From contig JACQKA010000044.1 in NCBI GenBank assembly GCA_016204805.1, positions 1 to 42,346 on the forward strand: a stretch of DNA of 42,346 nt, written 5' to 3'. Shown here piece by piece: positions 15,331 to 23,812 of this stretch (position 1 is the stretch's first letter; each line of letters starts with the position of its first letter). A program made the position numbers and the translations under genes. This stretch comes from Candidatus Kaiserbacteria bacterium. Lineage in GTDB: Bacteria > Patescibacteriota > Minisyncoccia > Phycocordibacterales > UBA2100. Under the pieces are notes generated by a model. The model saw nothing but the letters and a program-made list of their open reading frames with translations. It ran no database searches and was not told the origin of the DNA.

Positions 15331-16377
15331 ATGAGTAAGGTGTTTGTCGGGCTTTCGGGTGGGGTGGATAGTGCGGTCGCCGCGCGTCTTTTGCTTGACC
15401 AAGGATACGAGGTGACCGGCGTTTTCATCAAGATCTGGCAACCTGAATTCATCGAATGCACATGGGAAGAAGACCGTCTGTCCGCAAAGCGCGTTGCGGC
15501 GGCGCTCGGCATACCGTTCCGCGAGATTGACCTTTCAGACGAATACAAAACACAGGTGGTTGAGGACATGATCAGAGGCTACGAATCCGGGCGCACGCCG
15601 AATCCGGATGTGCTCTGCAACCGCCACATCAAATTCGGCGCATTCCGAATATGGGCAAAAGCGCATGGCGCGGACAAGATCGCGACTGGGCATTATGCCC
15701 GCATTGTCGCACGTGATGGACAATACGAATTACACCGCGGAAAAGATGTGAGCAAGGATCAGGCGTATTTTCTGAACATGCTCACGCAGGATGATCTGCG
15801 CGACGCGCTATTCCCCGTGGGGCATTACAGCAAAAAAGATATTCGTGCGATCGCACGACGTGTCGGATTGCCAAACGCCGCGCGTCCCGACAGCCAGGGC
15901 CTGTGTTTCGTGGGGGATGTGCGTATCGGTGATTTTCTCACACGTTTTATTCCGCTCACTTCTGGCCCAGTGCTCGATATGCAAGGTGTGGTGATCGGCA
16001 CCCATGCGGGGAGCGCGCAATATACGATCGGCCAGAGGCATGGCTTCACACTCGACGTGACGCACTCTGACGAAAAGCCGCACTACATAGTACGCATCGA
16101 TACGAAAGAGAACACACTAACGGTCTCGACCGATCTGAGTGATGCGCAGTGTGAGCGTATCCTCGTGCACGATGCGCATTGGATCAACGAGGAACCCACT
16201 AAGGGCAAATCATACACAGTCGAACTGCGTTATCACCAGAAACCGATGCCGGCCTGCGTCATACGCACGGCGGATGAATGGGAATTAGAACTCAGTTCGT
16301 TACAGATAGTCTCGAGCGGCCAATCGGCGGTCATCTATGACGGCGATCGTTGTTTTGGAGGTGGCATCGTTTCCTGA
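15331..16377 (+). CDS. mnmA: tRNA-specific 2-thiouridylase MnmA
   Basis: MSKVFVGLSGGVDSAVAA PP-loop, RTPNPDVLCN and DSQGLCF motifs. Start taken at ATG 15331. Confidence 0.9.
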   Translation: MSKVFVGLSGGVDSAVAARLLLDQGYEVTGVFIKIWQPEFIECTWEEDRLSAKRVAAALGIPFREIDLSDEYKTQVVEDMIRGYESGRTPNPDVLCNRHIKFGAFRIWAKAHGADKIATGHYARIVARDGQYELHRGKDVSKDQAYFLNMLTQDDLRDALFPVGHYSKKDIRAIARRVGLPNAARPDSQGLCFVGDVRIGDFLTRFIPLTSGPVLDMQGVVIGTHAGSAQYTIGQRHGFTLDVTHSDEKPHYIVRIDTKENTLTVSTDLSDAQCERILVHDAHWINEEPTKGKSYTVELRYHQKPMPACVIRTADEWELELSSLQIVSSGQSAVIYDGDRCFGGGIVS

Positions 16378-16505
16378 ACCCTGTGAATAATGGCCGACAA
16401 TGCGCATCCTTTCGCGTATCATTATGGATATGCCCATACACCTATTCGCGCCTAGGCGTTCTATGATATTTTTCCTGACGAGTTCAATACCGCACGTCTT
16501 TCTGC

Positions 16506-16961
16506 ATGAACATGATTATCAGCATAAGCGCCGCGGCACAGCCGCAAGGCGCGAATAGGTGTACGGGTATGCTGGTTCGCCTCACACTGTTCACTGTAAC
16601 TGCGATCGCCATCGCCTATGCCGCACATATGTTTTTCGGGAGCATCATTTTCGCGGCGGCGGAAGAAGATGCGAGCGCCATCGTGCTCCGTGATATTTAT
16701 AAGAACGAACGGCATGAACTCTCCGGCATCGTCATGGTGCCGTCCACCTGCCACGATCTCACTGTGCGGGCAAAAGATATCGATGCGCGGAGCACCGCTA
16801 TCATCTTGGAAACGTGGGAACAACCATTTGCCAGTGCATGTGATAAGGCGCCGACACCGCGTGCCATCCATGTGACTGCATTCGGTCCGGAAGGACTCGA
16901 CCTGCGCGGCATGCAGGATGGCGCATGGGTGCCGCTTACCATCATCGAGACGCGTAACTAA
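16506..16961 (+). CDS. Hypothetical membrane-anchored protein
   Basis: One TM span (LVRLTLFTVTAIAIAYAAHMFFGSIIF). The start could be 16506 or 16569. Confidence 0.45.
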   Translation: MNMIISISAAAQPQGANRCTGMLVRLTLFTVTAIAIAYAAHMFFGSIIFAAAEEDASAIVLRDIYKNERHELSGIVMVPSTCHDLTVRAKDIDARSTAIILETWEQPFASACDKAPTPRAIHVTAFGPEGLDLRGMQDGAWVPLTIIETRN

Positions 16962-16963
16962 TT

Positions 16964-17866
16964 ATGTCGGTCTTTATCACAAAAGCGGACGGCGAACAGG
17001 AGATCTATTCTCGAGACAAACTCGATGCGTCTCTCCGGCATGCCGGCGCCAGCGATGCGTCTCGGGCGCGTGTCATCGAACAGATCGAGCGCGAACTGCG
17101 CGAAGGTATGACCACGGAGGATATCTATCAATACGCGCACCAGGCACTCACATCGATCGCAGACGTGCCGGTCGCGGCACGATACTCCATCAAACGTGCG
17201 GTTTTTGATCTCGGACCGTCAGGGTACCCGTTCGAAAGTTTTATCGCCGAGATATTGCGCGCGCATGGATGGCGCACGCGCGTCGAGGTCGCGATGAACG
17301 GCCGTTGTGCCCCGCACGAGGTAGATGTACTTGCGGAAAAAGGCCACACACGTGCAGGCATTGAAGTGAAATTCCATAATACTGCCGGTGTCATCACTGA
17401 CGTCAAAGATGCGCTCTATGTGCATGCGCGATTCGAAGATCTGAAGCGCGCACCGCATACGCAAGATCGTGTGACCGAAGGGTGGCTGGTCACAAACACC
17501 CGTTTTACACGCACCGCGATCCGTTATGGCCGTTGTGCAGGACTCACTATGTATGGATGGGACTACCCACGTCATCGCGGCGTCGTCGACATGATCGAAT
17601 CTATGGGCGTGCATCCGCTTACCTGTCTGACGACACTCTCATCCGGCGAGAAACAGCGACTACTCGAGCGCAATATCGTATTGTGCCGCTCCATCCGCGA
17701 CAATCCACTCATGCTCACCGAATTCGGCGTTTCGCCTTCCAAAATCAACACCATTTCAACCGAAGCGAAGCGATTATGTACCATGGAAACAGCACCACGG
17801 CAATACCCAAAGACGATTGACCCCGTTAGAGACAGGTCGCGGTCTGAAGATGGCATACTCGCATGA
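16964..17866 (+). CDS. ATP-cone domain fused to an Mrr-like PD-(D/E)xK restriction endonuclease domain
   Basis: N-terminal VFITKADGEQEIYSRDKLDASLRHAG...TTEDIYQYAHQAL matches the ATP-cone pattern. The middle region FESFIAEILRAHGW...HEVDVLAEKG...GIEVKF matches D...ExK. Confidence 0.65.
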   Translation: MSVFITKADGEQEIYSRDKLDASLRHAGASDASRARVIEQIERELREGMTTEDIYQYAHQALTSIADVPVAARYSIKRAVFDLGPSGYPFESFIAEILRAHGWRTRVEVAMNGRCAPHEVDVLAEKGHTRAGIEVKFHNTAGVITDVKDALYVHARFEDLKRAPHTQDRVTEGWLVTNTRFTRTAIRYGRCAGLTMYGWDYPRHRGVVDMIESMGVHPLTCLTTLSSGEKQRLLERNIVLCRSIRDNPLMLTEFGVSPSKINTISTEAKRLCTMETAPRQYPKTIDPVRDRSRSEDGILA

Positions 17867-17895
17867 ACTGCAAGCGACCGCGGTCTTTAACGGGG

Positions 17896-17923
17896 TTGAC
17901 ACGCCCATACGCCAGACCATAAT
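17896..17923 (+). promoter_or_regulatory. Promoter TTGACA-16-CATAAT, -10 box 6 nt before ATG 17930
   Basis: ttgaca cgcccatacgccagac cataat ggattc ATG. Confidence 0.5.
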
Positions 17924-17929
17924 GGATTC

Positions 17930-18445
17930 ATGAACGCATCCTACGGCTCGACGTTCTTGGTCGGCTTTACTGCAGGGGTGCTTGTGCTTTTCGCGATCGG
18001 CATCGTGACGAAGGGGGACATCCGGTACATGGGCGCACCGCGTGCAGATACTGCAATATTGTCGGGTGAAGATGTCGATGCGGTGACCGCCGGTAAAATG
18101 AGCGGCATGCGCGCAACACTCAACGTACAGGATCAGAATGCAGGTGCTGCTGTGTCGGTGGATCATGTGGCAATGGAGCAGGCGGGATGGGTGGTGGTGC
18201 ACGAAATCGAAAATGGCCATGTGTTGAATGCGCTCGGTGCCGCGCGGCTCGATGCGGGGGCGCACAGCGATGTAGGGGTGGAACTCTTGCGTGGTACCGA
18301 ACCAGGCGGACGCTATGCGGTCATTCTCTATAGTGATAATGGCGACAAACAATTCGAAGTGCACGCGGATCTTCCGGTCATCGACACTGCAGGAAACCCC
18401 GTTATGCAATCATTCCGCACCTTTGGCGGCGCTGCGGGGCAATAG
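17930..18445 (+). CDS. Hypothetical membrane-anchored or secreted protein (171 aa)
   Basis: N-terminal TM span. Beta-rich domain GWVVVHEIENGHV...YAVILYSDNGDKQFE. Confidence 0.5.
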   Translation: MNASYGSTFLVGFTAGVLVLFAIGIVTKGDIRYMGAPRADTAILSGEDVDAVTAGKMSGMRATLNVQDQNAGAAVSVDHVAMEQAGWVVVHEIENGHVLNALGAARLDAGAHSDVGVELLRGTEPGGRYAVILYSDNGDKQFEVHADLPVIDTAGNPVMQSFRTFGGAAGQ

Positions 18446-18448
18446 CTG

Positions 18449-18457
18449 TGCTACACT
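18449..18457 (+). promoter_or_regulatory. Extended -10 box TGcTACACT, 6 nt before ATG 18464
   Basis: tgctacact-tgccgt-ATG. Confidence 0.4.
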
Positions 18458-18463
18458 TGCCGT

Positions 18464-19003
18464 ATGTTGGAATATCTGTCCGGTCCTGAAATAGTCATTT
18501 TTGGAAAGCTACTCCTCGCGGTTGTCTTGGGCATGGTGGTTGGCACCGAACGCGTTGCGGCGGGCAAGAGTGCTGGTAGCCGCACATTCGCGCTTGTCTC
18601 GCTCGGCGCTTGTCTATTTGTAATTATTGGTGTCGCAGAGAATGCAAAATATCTCGGCATCGTCAATTTCGACCCTATGCGCATCGCCGCGGCGACGGTG
18701 TTAGGCATCGGTTTCCTCGGCGGCGGGCTCATTTATTTGCAGGGCAAAGCACTCCAGGGCCTCACGACCGCCGCCGGTGTATGGGTCGCCGCGGGTATCG
18801 GTATGGCAAGTGGGTTCGGTTTGTATTCAATCGCGATATTCACGAGCGCATTAACCCTTCTTATATTCACGTTCATGTGGATCGTTGAAGAATGGCTCCG
18901 TCATTTTTTCATGAGTCTACAGCCAATGAGCGTTGGTCGTACAATGAACATGGAAACAGGCGTTCCTGAAGAATCGAAGCCGAACACTCCTTCCGAGGCG
19001 TAA
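18464..19003 (+). CDS. mgtC: MgtC/SapB family membrane protein
   Basis: LLLAVVLGMVVGTERVAAGKSAGSRTFALVSLGACLF is the typical MgtC N-terminal pattern. Multiple TM spans. Confidence 0.75.
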   Translation: MLEYLSGPEIVIFGKLLLAVVLGMVVGTERVAAGKSAGSRTFALVSLGACLFVIIGVAENAKYLGIVNFDPMRIAAATVLGIGFLGGGLIYLQGKALQGLTTAAGVWVAAGIGMASGFGLYSIAIFTSALTLLIFTFMWIVEEWLRHFFMSLQPMSVGRTMNMETGVPEESKPNTPSEA

Positions 19004-19011
19004 AGCGCTCA

Positions 19012-19020
19012 TGGTACACT
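19012..19020 (+). promoter_or_regulatory. Extended -10 box TGgTACACT, 6 nt before ATG 19027
   Basis: tggtacact-ctgcca-ATG. Confidence 0.4.
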
Positions 19021-19026
19021 CTGCCA

Positions 19027-19857
19027 ATGAGCGACTATTACAAACCGAATAGAAAGCCCGATTGGAATTACGGGGGAAATAAATGGCGTCTGTCGCGCTC
19101 GAAGATCGACTTGTTCACCGAATGTGCGCGCTGTTTTTATGTGGACAACAAACTCGGCGTTGCACGTCCGCCTGGTTTCCCATTCAACTTGAACAGCGCC
19201 GTCGATGCGCTTCTCAAAAAAGAATTCGATATCCATCGCGTGGCCAAAAACGCGCACCCCATCATGAAGCAGTATGGTGTTGATGCGGTGCCATTCGAGC
19301 ACCCGAGCATGAACATCTGGCGCGAGAATTTCAAAGGTATTACACACAGGCATGAACCCACTGGATTCACGGTTTCCGGTGCCGTCGATGACATCTGGGT
19401 CAACCCCAAAGGCGAGCTCATCGTCGTGGACTATAAATCAACGAGCAAAGACGAAAAGATCGAGGTGCTCGACAAAGATTGGCACGATGGTTACAAACGG
19501 CAGATGGAAGTGTATCAGTGGCTATTGCGTCAGAACGGTTTCAAGGTCGCTGATCAAGGGTATTTTGTATACGCGAATGCCGGTCGTGATAAAAAAGCAT
19601 TCGATGGCGTGCTTGAATTCGATGTGACACTTGTGCCGCACAAGGGGAACGCGGGTTGGGTAGAAGGTACACTTCTCGATATCAAACGCTGTCTTGATGA
19701 CGAGAAAATTCCGAATCCAGCGGATGATTGCGATTATTGCCGCTACCGCGAGGCGACGGGCAGAGTGCTCATGACACAGCATCAGAAAAACGCGCCACCC
19801 ACTCCTTCCAAGAAACGCACGCGCACTTCATCTGACGCTGATACGCTCTTCTCATAA
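19027..19857 (+). CDS. PD-(D/E)XK nuclease family protein (Cas4/RecB-like with Cys cluster)
   Basis: N-terminal CARC, core GAVDDIW...LIVVDYKS, QMEVYQ and C-terminal CDYCRY, matching the Cas4/AddB-type iron-sulfur nuclease layout. Confidence 0.7.
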   Translation: MSDYYKPNRKPDWNYGGNKWRLSRSKIDLFTECARCFYVDNKLGVARPPGFPFNLNSAVDALLKKEFDIHRVAKNAHPIMKQYGVDAVPFEHPSMNIWRENFKGITHRHEPTGFTVSGAVDDIWVNPKGELIVVDYKSTSKDEKIEVLDKDWHDGYKRQMEVYQWLLRQNGFKVADQGYFVYANAGRDKKAFDGVLEFDVTLVPHKGNAGWVEGTLLDIKRCLDDEKIPNPADDCDYCRYREATGRVLMTQHQKNAPPTPSKKRTRTSSDADTLFS

Positions 19858-19866
19858 CTTATCACC

Positions 19867-20130
19867 ATGACATTCAGCGATCGGGTCAAGCACATCGTGC
19901 GCAATATCCCAGAGGGAGCAACGCGTACCTATCAACAGATCACGACGGCGGCTGGGAATCCGCGTGCGGCGCGTGCCGTCGGCTCTGTCATGCGTAAAAA
20001 CTGTGACCCGTCAATTCCATGCCATCGCGTCGTGAAAAGCGACGGCACAGTTGGCAATTACAATCGCGGAGGTAGTATGGCCAAGGCAATGCTCCTCACC
20101 TTGGAGCGGAATAAGGAGACAGTGCTATGA
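19867..20130 (+). CDS. MGMT-family protein (O6-alkylguanine-DNA alkyltransferase DNA-binding/active-site domain only)
   Basis: IPCHRVVKSDGTVGNY contains the PCHRV active-site motif. Only 87 aa. Confidence 0.75.
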   Translation: MTFSDRVKHIVRNIPEGATRTYQQITTAAGNPRAARAVGSVMRKNCDPSIPCHRVVKSDGTVGNYNRGGSMAKAMLLTLERNKETVL

Positions 20131-21965
20131 AGGATCTAAAGACAGAAAGCGTGCGATGGGATCTCGACATCTTCTATCGCGGCATCAATGATCTACAGAT
20201 TGATGCTGACCTTGCTCTCTATATAGAGCAGATGAAAGCGTTCAATGCCGCATACAAAGGTAAGCTCGATACACGCTTGGGTGACGCCATCAGTGCCGAG
20301 ATGGAAATATCCATGCTGGGTAATAAAGTAGGTGCCTATGTGCAATTATTGAGCGCACTCAACACCAGTGATGCCGCCGTGAAAGCAAAACTCGCACACA
20401 TCAATCGAACTGCAAGCATGGCCGCCGGAGAATACATGACATTTTTTCCGCTGGAACTTGCCGCGCTTCCGGATGACGTGATCGAAAAAGCGATGAGCAA
20501 CCCTGTGGCGAAGAAACACCGTCCGTATATCGACCACATCCGTGTTCGCAAACCGTTCATGCTCTCGGAAGAAGTCGAGAGCGCGCTCGCGAAACGTGAT
20601 CCGTTCGGATCGGGTTCGTGGTCAGAATTTTTTGACGAACTTGAATCAGATCTTGAATTCGACTGGCGTGGCGAGAAAAAGGTTCTGCCACAGATGCTCG
20701 ATATTATGAGCGAATCGCCGAATTCCGACGAGCGCGCAGAAGCGATGCAGATCGTGAACGCGGGTCTATCCGGCATGTTCGCAAAATATTCCGCCGAGAC
20801 GCTCGACAAGATAGTCGGCGGAAGCGCCGTAGAGCGCCGTGAACGCGGCTACACACATCCAATGCACGAGCGAAATCTTTCGAATCGCACCCCGGACGCC
20901 GTTGTCGAGGCACTGCATGTTGCGGTGACCGAAGTGGAAGCGCCCTTAGCGCGGCGTTATTATCGGCTCAAAGCGGCACATCTTGGTCTGAAGACACTCA
21001 AATGGAGCGATCGCAATGCGCCGCTACCGTTCGAAGACACGACCGTTGTGCCGTTCAATGATGCGATGAAGATCGTGCGCGCAGCGTATCGCAGTTTCAG
21101 TCCGACGCTCGCTGGTCTGATAGAACAGTGCATTCGCGATAAGCGCATCGATGCGCCGATGGTGAAGGGCAAACAGGGCGGCGCGTTCAACGCATCGCTT
21201 GTACTTCCCGGCAACGTGCCGACTTCGTGGACCTTCCTGAATTACCTCGGCTCAAATCGTGACGTAATGACGCTCGCCCACGAGCTGGGTCATGGCGTAC
21301 ACGGTCTCTTGGCTGGCGAAGCACAGGGGCCATTGATGTCGAGTGCGCCTATCGCCTTTGCGGAAACCGCATCGGTGTTCGGCGAGATGGTGACATTCAA
21401 TTTCCTTAAAGAGCAGCTTGCGGAAAAAGGTGAGACGAAATCTTTGCTCGCGCTTCTCATGAGCAAGATGAGCGACATGGCGAACACCGGCCTGCGGCAG
21501 ATTAGCTTCTCGAATTTCGAACGGCAACTACACGGCATGGATCCACACTACAAGACGTGGAGTGATCCCACCAAAAAATCGGTGCAGGAACTTTCTGCCT
21601 TGTGGAAAGCAGTTACAACAGAGCTCTATGGCAAGGAAGGTGATGTATTCACCTACGAAAATATCGACAATCTGTGGGCATATATCGGCCACTTTCATCG
21701 TCCGTTTTACGTGTATGGATATGCTTTTGGCGAACTGCTGACGCAAAGCATCTACGCAAAACGAGAAGAGCTCGGCACGAAATTTGAGCCGTTGTATCTC
21801 GATCTCCTGCGAGCGGGTTCGACCAAAAATGCGGTTGATCTCTTGAAGCCATTCGGTCTCGATCCGACCGATGAGAAATTCTGGATCGACGGCATCGCGA
21901 TGAGTTTCGGCAAAGCGATCGAAGAAGCCGAGGCGCTCTCGAAAGAGATGGGTGTCTCCATCTGA
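20127..21965 (+). CDS. pepF: Oligoendopeptidase F family (M3B) metallopeptidase
   Basis: HELGHGVH zinc motif. Length and overall pattern fit M3B. ATGA overlap with the upstream gene. Confidence 0.8.
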   Translation: MKDLKTESVRWDLDIFYRGINDLQIDADLALYIEQMKAFNAAYKGKLDTRLGDAISAEMEISMLGNKVGAYVQLLSALNTSDAAVKAKLAHINRTASMAAGEYMTFFPLELAALPDDVIEKAMSNPVAKKHRPYIDHIRVRKPFMLSEEVESALAKRDPFGSGSWSEFFDELESDLEFDWRGEKKVLPQMLDIMSESPNSDERAEAMQIVNAGLSGMFAKYSAETLDKIVGGSAVERRERGYTHPMHERNLSNRTPDAVVEALHVAVTEVEAPLARRYYRLKAAHLGLKTLKWSDRNAPLPFEDTTVVPFNDAMKIVRAAYRSFSPTLAGLIEQCIRDKRIDAPMVKGKQGGAFNASLVLPGNVPTSWTFLNYLGSNRDVMTLAHELGHGVHGLLAGEAQGPLMSSAPIAFAETASVFGEMVTFNFLKEQLAEKGETKSLLALLMSKMSDMANTGLRQISFSNFERQLHGMDPHYKTWSDPTKKSVQELSALWKAVTTELYGKEGDVFTYENIDNLWAYIGHFHRPFYVYGYAFGELLTQSIYAKREELGTKFEPLYLDLLRAGSTKNAVDLLKPFGLDPTDEKFWIDGIAMSFGKAIEEAEALSKEMGVSI

Positions 21966-21970
21966 TCCAA

Positions 21971-21997
21971 ACCCCTCCACACCACGGAGGGGTTTTT
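21971..21997 (+). terminator. Rho-independent terminator after pepF
   Basis: Stem acccctcc / ggaggggt followed by ttttt. Confidence 0.75.
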
Positions 21998-22013
21998 GCT
22001 ATATCATGTGCAT

Positions 22014-23741
22014 ATGTCGAATCACCAGCCGTGGCATCAACCTTCGCGTACGTGGGAAATGCTTCTGCCGTTCGTGCGTTGGATACGCACCTACACGGTA
22101 GATACGCTACGTTTCGACACGCTCGCTGGGCTCACGGTTGCTGCCATTCTCATCCCACAAGCGATGGCGTATGCCATGCTTGCCGGTCTTCCGCCTATCG
22201 CCGGCTTTTATGCGGCACTCGTCGGTGCCGTTGCCGCCGCTCTATGGGGAAATTCGCGCAAACTTTCGACCGGCCCTGTCGCACTTGTGAGCTTCCTCGT
22301 ATTAACGGCACTGGTCCCCTTTGCGGAACCGGGGAGCGCCGAATATCTGGTCTTGGCCGCCGCGCTTGCCGTCCTATCCGGCACCATGTTATTCCTGCTC
22401 GGCATTTTCCGTCTCGGGTTCATCATGCGTGTCATACCGCATACGGTCATCATTGGATTCGCGACCGCGGCAGAGCTCATCATCATCGTGACACAGATCC
22501 CGTCGCTCCTCGGATTCAGTGCGCTCCACTACGAATTCATGTTGCCGACGATCGCGAGCATCGCGACCCACAGCATCAACATGCATGGCCCGACGGTTAT
22601 TGTAGGGGTGGCATCGCTCGCGCTTCTGATCGCGCTGAAGCGGCTATCATGGCACATTCCCGCCGAGTTGCTGGTATTGGTGGCGATGACCGTCGCAAGC
22701 TTTGCGTTCGATTTCGATACGCGTGGCATCGCGACCGTCGGAGAGGTGCAGGCGATAGTACCTTCGTTCTCATTTCCAGTACTTTCATTCACCGACTGGC
22801 TCGTACTTCTCAACAAAGCATGGATCATCGCGCTTGTAGGCTTTATCGGCACCTATGCCATCGTGCGCTCCATATCCACGCGCACAAAAGAACGCATCGA
22901 TATAGACCAGGAACTGGTGGGGCAGGGCATGGGGAACATCGCGGCGGGACTCTTCCATGGATTTCCAGTATCAGGTTCCTTTTCACGGACGGCGGTCAAT
23001 GTGAGCGCTGGGGCGCACACCGGTATCGCGAGCGTATGTGCGGCAGTGATCGTGTTCGGCGCGCTCATCCTCATCGCACCCATCTTTTCACTGATCCCGC
23101 TCGCGACGCTCTCCGCGATCGTCATCGTTGCGGTCGCCGGGGCTATCGATATCGGAAAAGTGCGCGACATGTATCGCGCATCGCGGACCGACGGCATCGT
23201 CGCGATACTGACGTTTGCCATCGCTTTCGTATTGAAACCCGACGATGCAGTGGCGATCGGCGTCATTGTTGCGCTTGCATTGTTCATGCGGAAGATCGTC
23301 TGGGCGGAGATACGCATGCTGGGTATCGAACCCGAATGGGGGATTCTACAGGGTGCGGAAACCGGTACAGTTGAAACATTTCGAGGCGTTCTCATACTCC
23401 GCATCGAAACATCGGCGTTTTATGGCAATATCGATTACATCGTCCGCACCATCGACAAACTTGTCATGGACGAAGAATCTGGCGGCAATCAAATTCACGC
23501 GCTCGTTTTGGATTGTTCAAGCGTCACGTATATCGATCTTTCCGGCGCAGAGACGCTCCGCGAATATCTCGAGGGACTTACAACTGAAGGCATCACTGCC
23601 TATGGCATCTATATGCATCTCGCGGTGACGGAACAACTCGAACGCGTCGGGGCCTTGCCGTACCTCACCATCCTCCACAACATCCGCGAAATGCGCGCCG
23701 CACTCAATCTACCTGAACCTTCAGTAGAGCCCAAAATGTAG
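22014..23741 (+). CDS. SulP family anion permease with C-terminal STAS domain
   Basis: IPQAMAYAMLAGLPPIAGFY and the multi-TM body fit SulP. The C-terminal region (LVLDCSSVTYIDLSGAETL) fits STAS. Start taken at ATG 22014 because the TTG at 21996 lies inside the terminator. Confidence 0.85.
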   Translation: MSNHQPWHQPSRTWEMLLPFVRWIRTYTVDTLRFDTLAGLTVAAILIPQAMAYAMLAGLPPIAGFYAALVGAVAAALWGNSRKLSTGPVALVSFLVLTALVPFAEPGSAEYLVLAAALAVLSGTMLFLLGIFRLGFIMRVIPHTVIIGFATAAELIIIVTQIPSLLGFSALHYEFMLPTIASIATHSINMHGPTVIVGVASLALLIALKRLSWHIPAELLVLVAMTVASFAFDFDTRGIATVGEVQAIVPSFSFPVLSFTDWLVLLNKAWIIALVGFIGTYAIVRSISTRTKERIDIDQELVGQGMGNIAAGLFHGFPVSGSFSRTAVNVSAGAHTGIASVCAAVIVFGALILIAPIFSLIPLATLSAIVIVAVAGAIDIGKVRDMYRASRTDGIVAILTFAIAFVLKPDDAVAIGVIVALALFMRKIVWAEIRMLGIEPEWGILQGAETGTVETFRGVLILRIETSAFYGNIDYIVRTIDKLVMDEESGGNQIHALVLDCSSVTYIDLSGAETLREYLEGLTTEGITAYGIYMHLAVTEQLERVGALPYLTILHNIREMRAALNLPEPSVEPKM

Positions 23742-23744
23742 CAA

Positions 23745-23769
23745 TGTCCGAAGGTTAAACCTTCGGACA
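23745..23769. terminator. Palindromic hairpin after the SulP gene
   Basis: tgtccgaaggtt-a-aaccttcggaca. No clear T run. Confidence 0.4.
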
Positions 23770-23796
23770 CGCTGATAATTTTAACCTCGTGAGGTG

Positions 23797-23805
23797 TGGT
23801 ATATT
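23797..23805 (+). promoter_or_regulatory. Extended -10 box TGgTATATT, 7 nt before the alaS ATG
   Basis: tggtatatt-tcgagtc-ATG. Confidence 0.4.
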
Positions 23806-23812
23806 TCGAGTC

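Noticed and set aside
22031-23374. 447-aa same-strand alternative-frame ORF inside the SulP gene
   Set aside because: The translation is Arg/His/Cys-rich and low in complexity, with no motif. It lies entirely within a gene whose frame gives a convincing SulP/STAS protein. This is a typical GC-skewed shadow ORF.
23751-23763. aaggttaaacctt palindrome shared by the hairpins after the SulP gene (23751-23763) and after atpD (39719-39731)
   Set aside because: It is short enough to recur by chance. Both copies are adequately explained as independent post-stop hairpins.
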